NCBI GenBank assembly: GCA_964396145.1
Contig: CAYNEE010000002.1
Coordinates: 1-59,943, forward strand
From: an uncultured Gammaproteobacteria bacterium
GTDB lineage: Bacteria; Patescibacteriota; Microgenomatia; UBA12405
Direction of reading: 5' to 3'
Length of the DNA: 59,943 bases
Under the pieces are notes generated by a model. That model had not been told where the DNA came from, ran no database searches, and worked only from the letters and a program-made list of their open reading frames with translations. Positions 37,192-46,482 of this stretch are shown here, in pieces. The translations under genes were made by a program, and so were the position numbers. Position 1 is the stretch's first letter. Every line of letters begins with the position of its first letter.

Positions 37192-37724
37192 AGGATTACC
37201 TCCTTCCCTTCAGGTAAATTATCTCTGTCTACCTTTAGAGACTCTATGGCTTCTAAATTTTCTTTATCAAATTCATCCATAAATTTGTGGTATTCCTCTT
37301 CATTCTCTTCAAAATCCACCGGGATAATATAATTTGCTGCCGTACTTTTAGCCAGTTCTATGGATTTTTCATTCATTGAAATCAATAGCACGTCTGCCTC
37401 TTCAAGCTTTTCTTTTTTCTTTTCACTCAAGTCTCCTTCTACCCTCCCGGTCAATAAAACCTTGACCCTGTCAATGTTTAGAGCATACATCCCATTTGTC
37501 CCGTTAATCTCTACTCCCCCAATTTCATATTCTCCCGCTCCAACTATAATTACCCTTTCCTCTTCTTGGCCTAATTTTATAAAATTTGCCTCTTTTTTGG
37601 TAAAAATTACAATTCTTGATGACATAGATTTTTTCTCCAAATCATCTTTTTCGGGGTTAATCCAGACACTTTCTTTCTTACCCTGTAAATATATTTTATT
37701 ATTCCCAAAATATCTAATTTCCAT
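37173..37724 (-). CDS. Hypothetical protein
   Basis: 183-aa ORF that is acidic and Lys-rich, with no motif I recognise. Confidence 0.45.
   Translation of the reverse strand: MEIRYFGNNKIYLQGKKESVWINPEKDDLEKKSMSSRIVIFTKKEANFIKLGQEEERVIIVGAGEYEIGGVEINGTNGMYALNIDRVKVLLTGRVEGDLSEKKKEKLEEADVLLISMNEKSIELAKSTAANYIIPVDFEENEEEYHKFMDEFDKENLEAIESLKVDRDNLPEGKEVILLKSQI
37189..37205 (-). promoter_or_regulatory. Shine-Dalgarno AAGGAGGT, 6-nt spacer and ATT putative initiation codon of dnaB
   Basis: The reverse complement of 37205..37189 is AAGGAGGTAATCCTATT. No ATG, GTG or TTG is in frame between the upstream stop (37210-37212) and TTG 37081-37083. Confidence 0.55.
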
Positions 37725-37730
37725 AGCCCT

Positions 37731-38210
37731 ATGATAACATTAAAGCAATCTATGATTAAGACTTTGCTTCTGACCGTTTTTTTTGGACTTACCTTGGGCC
37801 TGGGTCTTAGCGGTACCATTTACTATCTCAAACAAAATCAAAAAAACCGTCAAAGTCTATCAACTGTCATTCCCACTCTCAATCCTGATTCTAGCAACAC
37901 CGCTGTCTCTGTTACCCCCATTCCCAACAATCCCGGCTCTTCCGTCCCCCTAAATATTACCTCCCATCAAAATTATGACCTGGTTTCTGCCGCCAAAATC
38001 ACCCTCACTGGCACCACTACCCCAAAAAGCCTTTTAGTCATCACCACACCCAGCCAAAATTATCATTTTTTTGCCGATGACAGCGGAAAATTTTCTCAAA
38101 ACATCACTCTTGATTCCGGCTTTAATACTTTAAATATAAAATCGATTACCCCCGATAATCAGGAAACCCAACTCACTTATTATTTAACCTTTTCTACAGT
38201 CAAAATATAA
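37731..38210 (+). CDS. Hypothetical membrane-anchored surface protein
   Basis: It has an N-terminal TM helix followed by a Ser/Thr/Pro-rich segment. Confidence 0.5.
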   Translation: MITLKQSMIKTLLLTVFFGLTLGLGLSGTIYYLKQNQKNRQSLSTVIPTLNPDSSNTAVSVTPIPNNPGSSVPLNITSHQNYDLVSAAKITLTGTTTPKSLLVITTPSQNYHFFADDSGKFSQNITLDSGFNTLNIKSITPDNQETQLTYYLTFSTVKI

Positions 38211-38869
38211 TGAAAAAAATCTTTCTTGTTTTCCTCACTACCTCTTATTTTTTCATGGCGACTCCCCTACTCGCCCAAACTCCTTCCCAAACTTTAGGAG
38301 AAAACATCGAAGATTTACGAGAAAATCTCCAACAAAAAGTTCGTGAAAAATTAGCCGAAATCACCGATACTGTTACCCCCAATCCTCGTAAAGCCTACCC
38401 TGGCACCATTGTCGAAATTAACGCCGATAAAATTAAAATCAACTCCCAAGACCAGGAAATGGAATTTACTCTTGCTTCTGACACCGTTTATTTAAACCAA
38501 AAACAGGCTAAAATTAAACGCGAAGACCTTAAATCAGGACAAAATATTCTACTTTTAAGCCTCAATCAAGACACTATAAATTACGCCAAAAGAATCCTGT
38601 TAGTCGACCCTAAAGACCTTCAAAACGATAAAAAAACCACCTTTGGTACCATCGCCGATATCTCTACTACTGGTTCTGTCCTAACTCTTCTTAGTGTCAA
38701 CAACAAAGACGAAAAAATGCAAATCAGAATTGATCCAAAAACTGAAATTAGGAGCAAAGACAATAAAGTTCTCAAATTATCAGACCTTAAAAAAGATCAA
38801 AAAATTATTTGTATTTCAGGTCCTTTGGACAAACAATCCTATCCCGCTCTCCGTCTCATTACCCTATAA
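38210..38869 (+). CDS. Hypothetical secreted protein
   Basis: Signal peptide MKKIFLVFLTTSYFFMATPLLAQ. TAATG overlap with the upstream gene. Confidence 0.5.
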   Translation: MKKIFLVFLTTSYFFMATPLLAQTPSQTLGENIEDLRENLQQKVREKLAEITDTVTPNPRKAYPGTIVEINADKIKINSQDQEMEFTLASDTVYLNQKQAKIKREDLKSGQNILLLSLNQDTINYAKRILLVDPKDLQNDKKTTFGTIADISTTGSVLTLLSVNNKDEKMQIRIDPKTEIRSKDNKVLKLSDLKKDQKIICISGPLDKQSYPALRLITL

Positions 38870-38904
38870 TCGGCAAAAATTGCTATAATTCCTATGCCTA
38901 TTAT

Positions 38905-38979
38905 GGTGGGATTAGCTCAATTGGTTAGAGCGTCTGCCTGTGGAGCAGAAGGTTGCCGGTTCAAGTCCGGTATCTCACC
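38905..38979 (+). tRNA. tRNA-His (anticodon GTG) with encoded G-1
   Basis: G-1 pairs with C73. Acceptor GTGGGAT/ATCTCAC, anticodon loop CTGTGGA, T loop TTCAAGT. Confidence 0.85.
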
Positions 38980-39679
38980 CACTTATTCTTTGTTCTACTA
39001 TAATTTCCCCTCCTGGTGGCAAAAAACTGGCTTGCGTTTCCACGAAACCCTCTTTTTCCATTAGTGGCTCAATACAAACATAACCGGGATCATAAATTTT
39101 AATCTTTCCCTCTTCTTTAAAAGCCGTCCAAACTTTGACATAATTAAAACCTAAAAGCTGCCACTTTATCGCATTTTTACCCGAAATTTCCAATATATTG
39201 TCCTCTTCAATTTTTATCTCCGGGTTACTTTTCACTGCCATAGTCATCTCCTCGCCATTCAGTTTAATTCCCTGCCAGCCCTGAGGCGTATCCCAATAAT
39301 TATGTACTGCCACATTTACTCTTTTAGCCTCTGAGGAAAGGTTTTTTATAATTATTTGCTGGCTAAATGTTTCTCCTAAGCTAAATCTTTGCTCCACCCC
39401 CAAACCTTCAATTTCTAGTTTTATTCTAGTATCTGATTTCTCGTTTCTAGTTTCTAGCTCCCACAACCCATTCCTAAACGGCCCATGCGCCACCATTCCT
39501 AGGCTTTTTACTCCCTCCATCGCAAAATTGGGCACGCATATATGAGTATTCCCTGTTTTACCATCAATTCTCTCATTAGTTCCCAAAATCTTTTCTCCAT
39601 TTTTGCATAGTTCATAAATCCTCCCCCCTTCTAAATCTATTTTTAAACTCCAGTCTCGACTTTTTATTTCTTTTAATCT
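38975..39679 (-). CDS. Aldose 1-epimerase-like (hexose-6-phosphate mutarotase-like) protein
   Basis: HGPFRNGLW and VCIEP segments resemble the YeaD/aldose-epimerase family. The start is taken at MRLKEIKS. Confidence 0.45.
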   Translation of the reverse strand, partial: RLKEIKSRDWSLKIDLEGGRIYELCKNGEKILGTNERIDGKTGNTHICVPNFAMEGVKSLGMVAHGPFRNGLWELETRNEKSDTRIKLEIEGLGVEQRFSLGETFSQQIIIKNLSSEAKRVNVAVHNYWDTPQGWQGIKLNGEEMTMAVKSNPEIKIEEDNILEISGKNAIKWQLLGFNYVKVWTAFKEEGKIKIYDPGYVCIEPLMEKEGFVETQASFLPPGGEIIVEQRISG

Positions 39680-39719
39680 CATAATGTATTTTATCCCAAA
39701 GCAAATGATAAAATCACTT

Positions 39720-40985
39720 ATGACAAAAACCAAATATCAGAATGTCAAAGGCATGCGGGATTTTTATCCCGAGACCTGGATGGATCAACTTTGGCTATCT
39801 GATATCTTTTTGGAAAACGGCCGGCTTTTTGGCTACAGTGAATATGAAGCTCCCCTCTTAGAAAATATCAACCTCTACCTTGAAAAAAGCAGTCAGGAAT
39901 TGTTGGAAAAACAAACCTTTATTGTTAACGATCGCGGTAGTGACCGCCTAGTCCTTCGTCCGGAACTCACCCCTTCCCTTGCCCGGCTAGTAGCTACCAG
40001 GGAAAACGAACTCTCCTTTCCTCTCCGTTGGCAATCTTGGGGTCGTTTCTGGCGCTATGAACAGCCTCAACGTGGCCGTGGTCGAGAATTTTTTCAATGG
40101 AACATTGATCTAATTGGTGTTGACTCCCCAGCAAGCGATGCCGAAATCCTAACTATTGCTGCCACCACTTTAAAAAATTTGAATCTTAGTCCTGGCGATG
40201 TTCAAATTCGTATCAACGACCGGGAATCTCTACAGAATTATCTTTCCAAAAAGCTTTCTCTTGACCAAAACCAATATAAAAAATTACTCCAAGCTATCGA
40301 CAAAATCGATAAAATGGATACAAAAAGTTTTGAAAACTGGCTCAAAGATTTAAGTTTTTCAGAAAAACAAATTTCTCAACTCCCTACCCTTCTCAAAACT
40401 GTCCCTAAAAATTTTTCTCCCCGCCTTGAACAAAGTCTCTCCCTCATTCCCAAGGACTTAATGAACTACTTTACTATTGACCTAAAAATTGTCCGCGGCC
40501 TTGATTACTACACCGGCCTGGTCTTTGAAACCTGGGCTACTACCTCTACCATTAAGCGGTCACTTTTTGGTGGCGGCCGTTACAACAATCTCACCCAGCA
40601 AGTCGGAGGCAAAAAAAATCTTCCCGGAGTTGGCTTTGCCGTTGGTGACATGTCCACTTTTGAACTCCTTAAGGACCTAAACAAGCTGCCCCAAATTAAC
40701 CCTAATCCCAGCTCACTCTTTATTACCACCTTCTCCAATCAAACCTATCAAAATTCCCTGAATTTAGCCACTTTTTTACGTAATAACCAAATCAATACCA
40801 CTCTCAACCTTGACCCCAATCTTAAACTCGGCCAACAATTTAAATATGCTGCCAAAAACAATTTTGATTACGTCATCGTCCTAGGACCAGAGGAAATTGA
40901 CAAAAAACAGGTCACTCTCAAAAACCTAAAAAGCGGTGAACAAAAAAGACTCTCTCAAGACGATTTATTGTCCATTCTGTGCTAA
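39720..40985 (+). CDS. hisS: Histidyl-tRNA synthetase
   Basis: [30 protein letters not shown] and the class II motif 3 GGGRYN. The start is taken at [11 protein letters not shown]. Confidence 0.9.
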   Translation: MTKTKYQNVKGMRDFYPETWMDQLWLSDIFLENGRLFGYSEYEAPLLENINLYLEKSSQELLEKQTFIVNDRGSDRLVLRPELTPSLARLVATRENELSFPLRWQSWGRFWRYEQPQRGRGREFFQWNIDLIGVDSPASDAEILTIAATTLKNLNLSPGDVQIRINDRESLQNYLSKKLSLDQNQYKKLLQAIDKIDKMDTKSFENWLKDLSFSEKQISQLPTLLKTVPKNFSPRLEQSLSLIPKDLMNYFTIDLKIVRGLDYYTGLVFETWATTSTIKRSLFGGGRYNNLTQQVGGKKNLPGVGFAVGDMSTFELLKDLNKLPQINPNPSSLFITTFSNQTYQNSLNLATFLRNNQINTTLNLDPNLKLGQQFKYAAKNNFDYVIVLGPEEIDKKQVTLKNLKSGEQKRLSQDDLLSILC

Positions 40986-40995
40986 AATAACTCCT

Positions 40996-41262
40996 ATGAA
41001 ATCAGCGATCCATCCTACATATCACACCGACTGCCAGGTTACTTGTGCCTGCGGCAATAAATTCACCACCGGTTCAACTCTGGAAAAAATTGAGGTTGAA
41101 GTCTGCAGTCAATGTCATCCTTTCTTTACCGGACAGCAAAAATTTGTCGACATTAAGGGTAGAATTGATAAGTTTAAGGAAAAAGAAGCCAAAGGTGTTG
41201 CTTACAAGGCCAAAAAGGAAGCTGCTAAATCTAAAACCAAATCAAAAAAGGCCAAAAAATAG
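40996..41262 (+). CDS. rpmE: Ribosomal protein L31 (Zn-ribbon type) with a Lys-rich tail
   Basis: [10 protein letters not shown]...CACGNKF...[10 protein letters not shown]. Confidence 0.85.
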   Translation: MKSAIHPTYHTDCQVTCACGNKFTTGSTLEKIEVEVCSQCHPFFTGQQKFVDIKGRIDKFKEKEAKGVAYKAKKEAAKSKTKSKKAKK

Positions 41263-41271
41263 CTGCTTTTT

Positions 41272-41979
41272 ATGCCTACTATTAATCCCAATATTGCCAC
41301 TTTAGAATTCCGCATCGGCCCCGGCGGTCAGGAAGCTGAGCTCTGGCTTGAAGACCTAATGCGTATGTATACCCGCTATGCCGAAAAAGTCGGTTGGAAA
41401 GTCAAATATCTTGACAGTAACATTCTTCAAATCTCCGGTATTGACGCTTTTCCTCAGTTAAAATGGGAAACAGGCACTCACCGTGTTCAAAGAATTCCTG
41501 CCACCGAAAAACGTGGCCGTATTCAGACTTCAACCGCTGCCATTGCTGTGTATCCCCAGGTTACCTCCCAGGATGTGGTTATTAACCCCGACGATGTCGA
41601 AATGAGCGCCTCCCGCGCCGGTGGCAATGGCGGCCAAAACGTCAATAAAGTTTCCACTGCTGTCCGTATTCTTCACAAACCTACCGGACTCACCTTTTCC
41701 GTCCGTCAAGAACGTTCCCAGGAACAAAATCGGGCTATTGCTATGGACCTTTTACGGGGTAAGCTTTGGCAACTGGAGGAAGATAAACGGGTTCAGGAAC
41801 TCGGCACCACCAGAGAAAAGGTTGGTCTGGCTATGCGCGCTGACAAAATCCGCTCTTACAACTATCCCAGAAACCAGATCAAAGACCACCGTCTCGATAA
41901 AGACTTCCCTCTTCAAAAAATCCTTGACGGTGACATGAGTGACCTTATCTTGGAATTAAGCGTCCTAGACTCCGCTTAA
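41272..41979 (+). CDS. prfA: Peptide chain release factor 1-like protein lacking the N-terminal domain 1
   Basis: [17 protein letters not shown] (P-A-T anticodon-like tripeptide) and [13 protein letters not shown] (GGQ). It is only 235 aa and starts at the position equivalent to domain 2. Confidence 0.75.
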   Translation: MPTINPNIATLEFRIGPGGQEAELWLEDLMRMYTRYAEKVGWKVKYLDSNILQISGIDAFPQLKWETGTHRVQRIPATEKRGRIQTSTAAIAVYPQVTSQDVVINPDDVEMSASRAGGNGGQNVNKVSTAVRILHKPTGLTFSVRQERSQEQNRAIAMDLLRGKLWQLEEDKRVQELGTTREKVGLAMRADKIRSYNYPRNQIKDHRLDKDFPLQKILDGDMSDLILELSVLDSA

Positions 41980-43191
41980 AACTTCCAGCGCCTTTTTGAG
42001 CTGATTATCAATTTTCACTTCTTCTTTTTCCGGTACATATTTCACCTCCACATCCGGTTTAACCCCATCCTTATGGATATTTTTTCCAGAAGGTAACAGC
42101 CATTTCGCAATAGTTACATGCAAGCCCGAACCGTCAGTGAAATCTACCGGCTCCTGGACAGTCCCCTTACCAAAGCTTTTCTCACCCACCAACTTAGCTC
42201 GGTTATAATCCCGCAATGCTCCTGCTAAAATCTCTGCTGCAGAGGCCGAACCGCCGTTAATTAGTACCACCAATTTGTCTTTTAATAAATTTCTCCGCTT
42301 GGTATCCACCTCATAATTTTCTTTTTTACCACTACTGCTTTCCTGAATCACTACTGTTCCCTTTTCTAAAAAATCAGAGGCTACCAGTACACTGGCATCT
42401 AAATAACCTCCGGGATTATTCCTCAAGTCCAGGACAATTCCTCCGTAATTCTCTCCTAACTTAATTTTTTCTGATTTTATTTTATCTACTACCTCAGGCC
42501 AATCTTTAAATGTCTGTTCACTAAATTTATACAGCCTCACCCAAGCAACTTGTTTATGATTAAACTCTATCCATTCCCATTCGGTACTAGCCACCACAAT
42601 GGTGTCTCTTTTTAGTGTCACCTCAAAAGGCTCTGCTTTTTCTCCTTCTCTATATAGAGTTAAAGTCACCTCACTTCCAATCTTGCCTCTAATAAGCTCC
42701 ATAGCTTCATTCAAACTTATTCCGGTAGTTTCTCTGTCTACCTTATTGTCCTTATCAACTATCTTTAAAATCAAATCCCCCGCTTTTATTCCAGCTTTTT
42801 CTGCCGGAGTTTTGGCAAGAGGTGCAATCACCGCCAAAGTTTCTTCTTTGTAACCCAGTTGTATTCCTATTCCTCCAAATTCACCAGCCAAATCATCATT
42901 ACTGCTTTTGTTTTCTTTTGGCGGTAAAAATACCGTATAAGGATCATCTAGCGCCGCCACCATACCCTCAATTGCCCCATAGCTCATCTTTTTATCATCA
43001 AGTTTATCTTTTTCCAAAAAGCTTTTCTCTAATTTTTCCCTAACCTTAGACATTAAATTTAAATTTAGGCTTTTTTCAATTCCTGTTTTGGAAAATTCGT
43101 CCACACTTAATCTCCCGGCCCTAAAAGCAATCAGGGCACTAACCGCCATTAAAGCTAAAACCACTGCTGTATTTCTTACTGCCTTGCCCAT
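41965..43191 (-). CDS. Carboxy-terminal processing protease (S41) with a PDZ domain
   Basis: N-terminal TM helix, a PDZ segment, and [16 protein letters not shown]...[11 protein letters not shown]. Confidence 0.9.
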   Translation of the reverse strand: MGKAVRNTAVVLALMAVSALIAFRAGRLSVDEFSKTGIEKSLNLNLMSKVREKLEKSFLEKDKLDDKKMSYGAIEGMVAALDDPYTVFLPPKENKSSNDDLAGEFGGIGIQLGYKEETLAVIAPLAKTPAEKAGIKAGDLILKIVDKDNKVDRETTGISLNEAMELIRGKIGSEVTLTLYREGEKAEPFEVTLKRDTIVVASTEWEWIEFNHKQVAWVRLYKFSEQTFKDWPEVVDKIKSEKIKLGENYGGIVLDLRNNPGGYLDASVLVASDFLEKGTVVIQESSSGKKENYEVDTKRRNLLKDKLVVLINGGSASAAEILAGALRDYNRAKLVGEKSFGKGTVQEPVDFTDGSGLHVTIAKWLLPSGKNIHKDGVKPDVEVKYVPEKEEVKIDNQLKKALEVLSGV

Positions 43192-43200
43192 GTTTTTATT

Positions 43201-43416
43201 CTACCTTAATTTTTTCCATTCACTTTCACTTATTTTTTCCACTTTTACCTCTCCATCCCGGCCACTTAAATCTTCAACACAAATTATTCCCTTAACTCCG
43301 ATTACTTCGGCCTTAGTCAGCAACACCTCATCCAAAGTCCAGGTTTTAATCATCTCTCCTCTTGAATCCACATTAAGCTCTCTCAAAGCTACGACCAGCT
43401 TAGTTTTTTTCTTCAT
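43201..43416 (-). CDS. Hypothetical small protein
   Basis: 71-aa ORF immediately downstream of rpsR on the same strand (between rpsR and the S41 protease gene). Confidence 0.35.
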   Translation of the reverse strand: MKKKTKLVVALRELNVDSRGEMIKTWTLDEVLLTKAEVIGVKGIICVEDLSGRDGEVKVEKISESEWKKLR

Positions 43417-43426
43417 CTATACCATT

Positions 43427-43684
43427 TTACTCTGCCGAGGCAGTATAAGGCAACAAGGCCAATTCTCTGGCTTCCTTGATGACTTTTGACAATTCTCGTT
43501 GGTGCTTCATACAGACACCAGTTGTCTGGGCTGACAGAATTCTTTTTCTAGTTGACAAAAACTCACTAAACTTTTCATAATCCCGCCAATTAGGCGATTT
43601 TTGAGCTTTACAAAAAGCACAATCAGTCCCCCGGCCTTTAAGCCTAACTAATCTGTTTCTATCTTTACGTCCACCTTTTTTCAT
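43427..43684 (-). CDS. rpsR: Ribosomal protein S18
   Basis: CAFCK...DYEKFSEFLSTRKRILSAQTTGVCMKHQRELSKVIKEARELALLPY. Confidence 0.9.
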   Translation of the reverse strand: MKKGGRKDRNRLVRLKGRGTDCAFCKAQKSPNWRDYEKFSEFLSTRKRILSAQTTGVCMKHQRELSKVIKEARELALLPYTASAE

Positions 43685-43686
43685 AT

Positions 43687-44253
43687 TTATTTATTTTCTT
43701 CAGTTGCCGGGCTTTCCTCAACGGCCGGAGATTCCTCAGTCGCTGGACTTTCTTCAGCAGTCACTGCAGGCGCCGGAGCCTCGGTTGTTTCCGTCTCTAA
43801 ACCAATATCATCGGGGATGACAATGTCTTCAATTGCCCCGTTATTTAAATCTAAATTAGGTTCACTAGCGGCTACTTCTTCACCATCTTTCGGGTGATTC
43901 ATCCCCATGCCCATACCTTTATTATCCAAAACAATCATGTCTTCGATAACAATTTCCGATACTTGCTTTTGAACACCGGTAGAATCAGTAATTTCTCTAT
44001 ATTGAATCCGGCCTTCAACATAAACCCGGCGACCCTTGGACAATAATTGAGAACACAGCTCAGCTAATTTGTTCCAAGCCACGATTCGGTGAAATTGAGC
44101 ATCTTCTTTCTTTTCACCTTGTTTGGTTACCCAAACCCGATTAGTAGCAACCCCAAAAGAGGCTACTGCCATTCCTCCTGGGGTGTATCTTAACTCCGGA
44201 TCCCGAGTTAAGTTACCAATTAACATAACTTTATTCAGACAACGACTAGGCAT
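43687..44253 (-). CDS. ssb: Single-stranded DNA-binding protein with a repetitive acidic tail and no canonical D-D-D-I-P-F tip
   Basis: OB fold: NKVMLIGNLTRDPELRYTPGG...FHRIVAWNKLAE. The tail ends EESPATEESPAVEESPATEENK. Confidence 0.9.
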   Translation of the reverse strand: MPSRCLNKVMLIGNLTRDPELRYTPGGMAVASFGVATNRVWVTKQGEKKEDAQFHRIVAWNKLAELCSQLLSKGRRVYVEGRIQYREITDSTGVQKQVSEIVIEDMIVLDNKGMGMGMNHPKDGEEVAASEPNLDLNNGAIEDIVIPDDIGLETETTEAPAPAVTAEESPATEESPAVEESPATEENK

Positions 44254-44271
44254 AATTCTTCCTTCCTTACT

Positions 44272-44571
44272 TTAAATTTTTAAAATTAAATGACGAATAA
44301 TATTTTTTTCTCGGTTAAGAAACAGGGTAAATTCCTTTGACTTAACCGCTGCTTTACCACCAACATAAAACACCCAAAAAACCCCCTTTTCCTGACCAGC
44401 TATAGGATAGGCTAGGGTTTTAGTACCTAAATCTTCCCTTTTTTCCAATTCATAACCCAACTTAGTAATCTCTTCTTCAATTAGCTTGAGAGTTTTTTCT
44501 TTTTCTTTCGACTCGGCTTTGGGGTTGAGTACCACCACTACCTCGTAACGGTAATTTAGACTGTCTTTCAT
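44272..44571 (-). CDS. rpsF: Ribosomal protein S6
   Basis: 99 aa with YEVVVVLNP at the start. It sits in the canonical rpsF-ssb-rpsR order. Confidence 0.8.
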   Translation of the reverse strand: MKDSLNYRYEVVVVLNPKAESKEKEKTLKLIEEEITKLGYELEKREDLGTKTLAYPIAGQEKGVFWVFYVGGKAAVKSKEFTLFLNREKNIIRHLILKI

Positions 44572-44577
44572 CGAAGT

Positions 44578-45942
44578 TTAGCTTAACATGATTTTTTTAA
44601 TTTTACAATCATCTTTCGTATCTTCCACTAAATATCCCCTTTTATTAATCTCTTCTCTCAACCTATCTGACTCTACCCAATTTTTATTTCTCTTCGCTTC
44701 ATTTCTCTCCTCAGCCATTTTGATTATTTCCTCAGGAATTTCTTCTGTTTTTGTCTCTGAAAGCTTTAACCCTAAAATTTTATCCAGTTCGAGCAGTGTT
44801 GCTTTAATATCTTCTTTTTTATAGTCTCCTTTTATCATTTTCCAAATTACCGCCACCGCCTCCGGAGTCGATAGATCATCTTCCATTTTTTCCAAAAATT
44901 CCGCCCTTATTTCCTCTATTACCTCTCCTTCTCCGCTCACTTGAGCTGCCTTTTTTAATTTTGTTACTGCCTGTTCGGCTACCCCCAAATTCCTAAAATT
45001 AAAATCCAAGCCCTGCTTGTAATTAGAACTTAAAATTAAATATCTCAAAGCCATTGGCTCATAACCTTTATCCTTTATATCAGTTGCCAAAACAATATTC
45101 CCAAGACTCTTAGACATCTTAGCTCCTTCAAAAGTCAACCAACCGTTGTGGAGCCAGTAATTGGCAGTCTGATGACCAAAAGCTCCGTATCCCTGGGCAA
45201 TTTCATTGGTATGATGTACCCCGATATGCTCTTTTCCACCGGTATGAATATCAAATTTATTACCAAGATATTTAGTTGACATAGCCGTACATTCGAGATG
45301 CCACCCTGGAAAACCCTCTCCCCAAGGGCTCGGCCATTTCATAATATGATTAGGCTGATTGGTTACCCACAACAAAAAATCCCAAGGTTTCTTCTTTTCC
45401 TCATCCACCTCAACACGCGCTCCTGCCTCCATTTCCGCAAGTTTTAAATTGGCAAAACTGGAATACTCGGGAAATTTTGATGTATCAAAAACCAGACCTG
45501 TTTTTGTTTTATAAGTAAAACCTCTCTCTTCTATTTTCTTAGCCAAATTAATTTGTTCATCAATATGTTCCGTCGCCCGGCACAATACATCAGGCATTGA
45601 AATATTCAAAATTTTTAAGCTTTCCAAAAACTGAGCTTCATATTTTTTGGCTACTTCCCAAACACTCAAACCTTCTCTTTTGGCCCCTTTTTCCATTTTG
45701 TCCTCTCCACTATCCTCATCTGAAGTCATATGCCCGACATCAGTTATGTTCATTATCCAAGTAACTTTATACCCTAAATATCGGAATAATCTCACTAAAG
45801 TATCCCACTGCACATAGGCATACATATGACCGATATGCTGATTCCAATAGACTGTCGGACCACAGGAATAAATTCCAATTTCTCTATCTTTAATCGGCAC
45901 TAATTCTTCTTTCTTTCGACTCAGGGTGTTATAAACTTTCAT
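44578..45942 (-). CDS. cysS: Cysteinyl-tRNA synthetase
   Basis: HIGH motif (HIGHMYAY), KMSKS, and the Zn-binding Cys context. Confidence 0.9.
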   Translation of the reverse strand: MKVYNTLSRKKEELVPIKDREIGIYSCGPTVYWNQHIGHMYAYVQWDTLVRLFRYLGYKVTWIMNITDVGHMTSDEDSGEDKMEKGAKREGLSVWEVAKKYEAQFLESLKILNISMPDVLCRATEHIDEQINLAKKIEERGFTYKTKTGLVFDTSKFPEYSSFANLKLAEMEAGARVEVDEEKKKPWDFLLWVTNQPNHIMKWPSPWGEGFPGWHLECTAMSTKYLGNKFDIHTGGKEHIGVHHTNEIAQGYGAFGHQTANYWLHNGWLTFEGAKMSKSLGNIVLATDIKDKGYEPMALRYLILSSNYKQGLDFNFRNLGVAEQAVTKLKKAAQVSGEGEVIEEIRAEFLEKMEDDLSTPEAVAVIWKMIKGDYKKEDIKATLLELDKILGLKLSETKTEEIPEEIIKMAEERNEAKRNKNWVESDRLREEINKRGYLVEDTKDDCKIKKIMLS

Positions 45943-45944
45943 TT

Positions 45945-46442
45945 CTAGTCTATTTTACCACCCTTAAACTCACTCGTTTGTGACATCTGTGTGGGATCTG
46001 GTGCCTGCTTTTTCCTCTTTCCTGGCGCAAACTGAGTTTTAGCCGCCTCTCTTTTAACATTACCTGGTTCTTCCAATAATTCTTCCCTCTCTCTTACCTC
46101 AGCCTCCCTTTGTAGTCTAATCTTTTCCAAAAATTCCTCTTCTTCCCTCTTTTCTTTTTCTTGTTTCTGGTTTCTGATTTCTTGCAGCTCTTCTTCTAAT
46201 TTTCTCCCTTGACTTGCCGCAACTTTTCGGAGACGGTCCATCTCTTCTTGTTTCTCTACTTCTTCGCTTTTTTCCATTTTACCCATCTCTGCTTCATCTA
46301 TTTTCTTAATACCTCCCAACAACTCTTGGCCGCTAATAACACTCTGGCCTATGTTTACGGTCTCTTTAACTCCAGTTTCCGCCGTCTCCTGACTAATTTC
46401 CCCCAAACCCTTCATTATTCCCTTTATTATTGAATCTGTCAT
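45945..46442 (-). CDS. Hypothetical highly charged coiled-coil protein
   Basis: 165 aa, rich in E, K and R. Confidence 0.4.
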   Translation of the reverse strand: MTDSIIKGIMKGLGEISQETAETGVKETVNIGQSVISGQELLGGIKKIDEAEMGKMEKSEEVEKQEEMDRLRKVAASQGRKLEEELQEIRNQKQEKEKREEEEFLEKIRLQREAEVREREELLEEPGNVKREAAKTQFAPGKRKKQAPDPTQMSQTSEFKGGKID

Positions 46443-46482
46443 TTATCTATTTTATCTTATTCTGGTTTCTAGTTTCTCGTTT

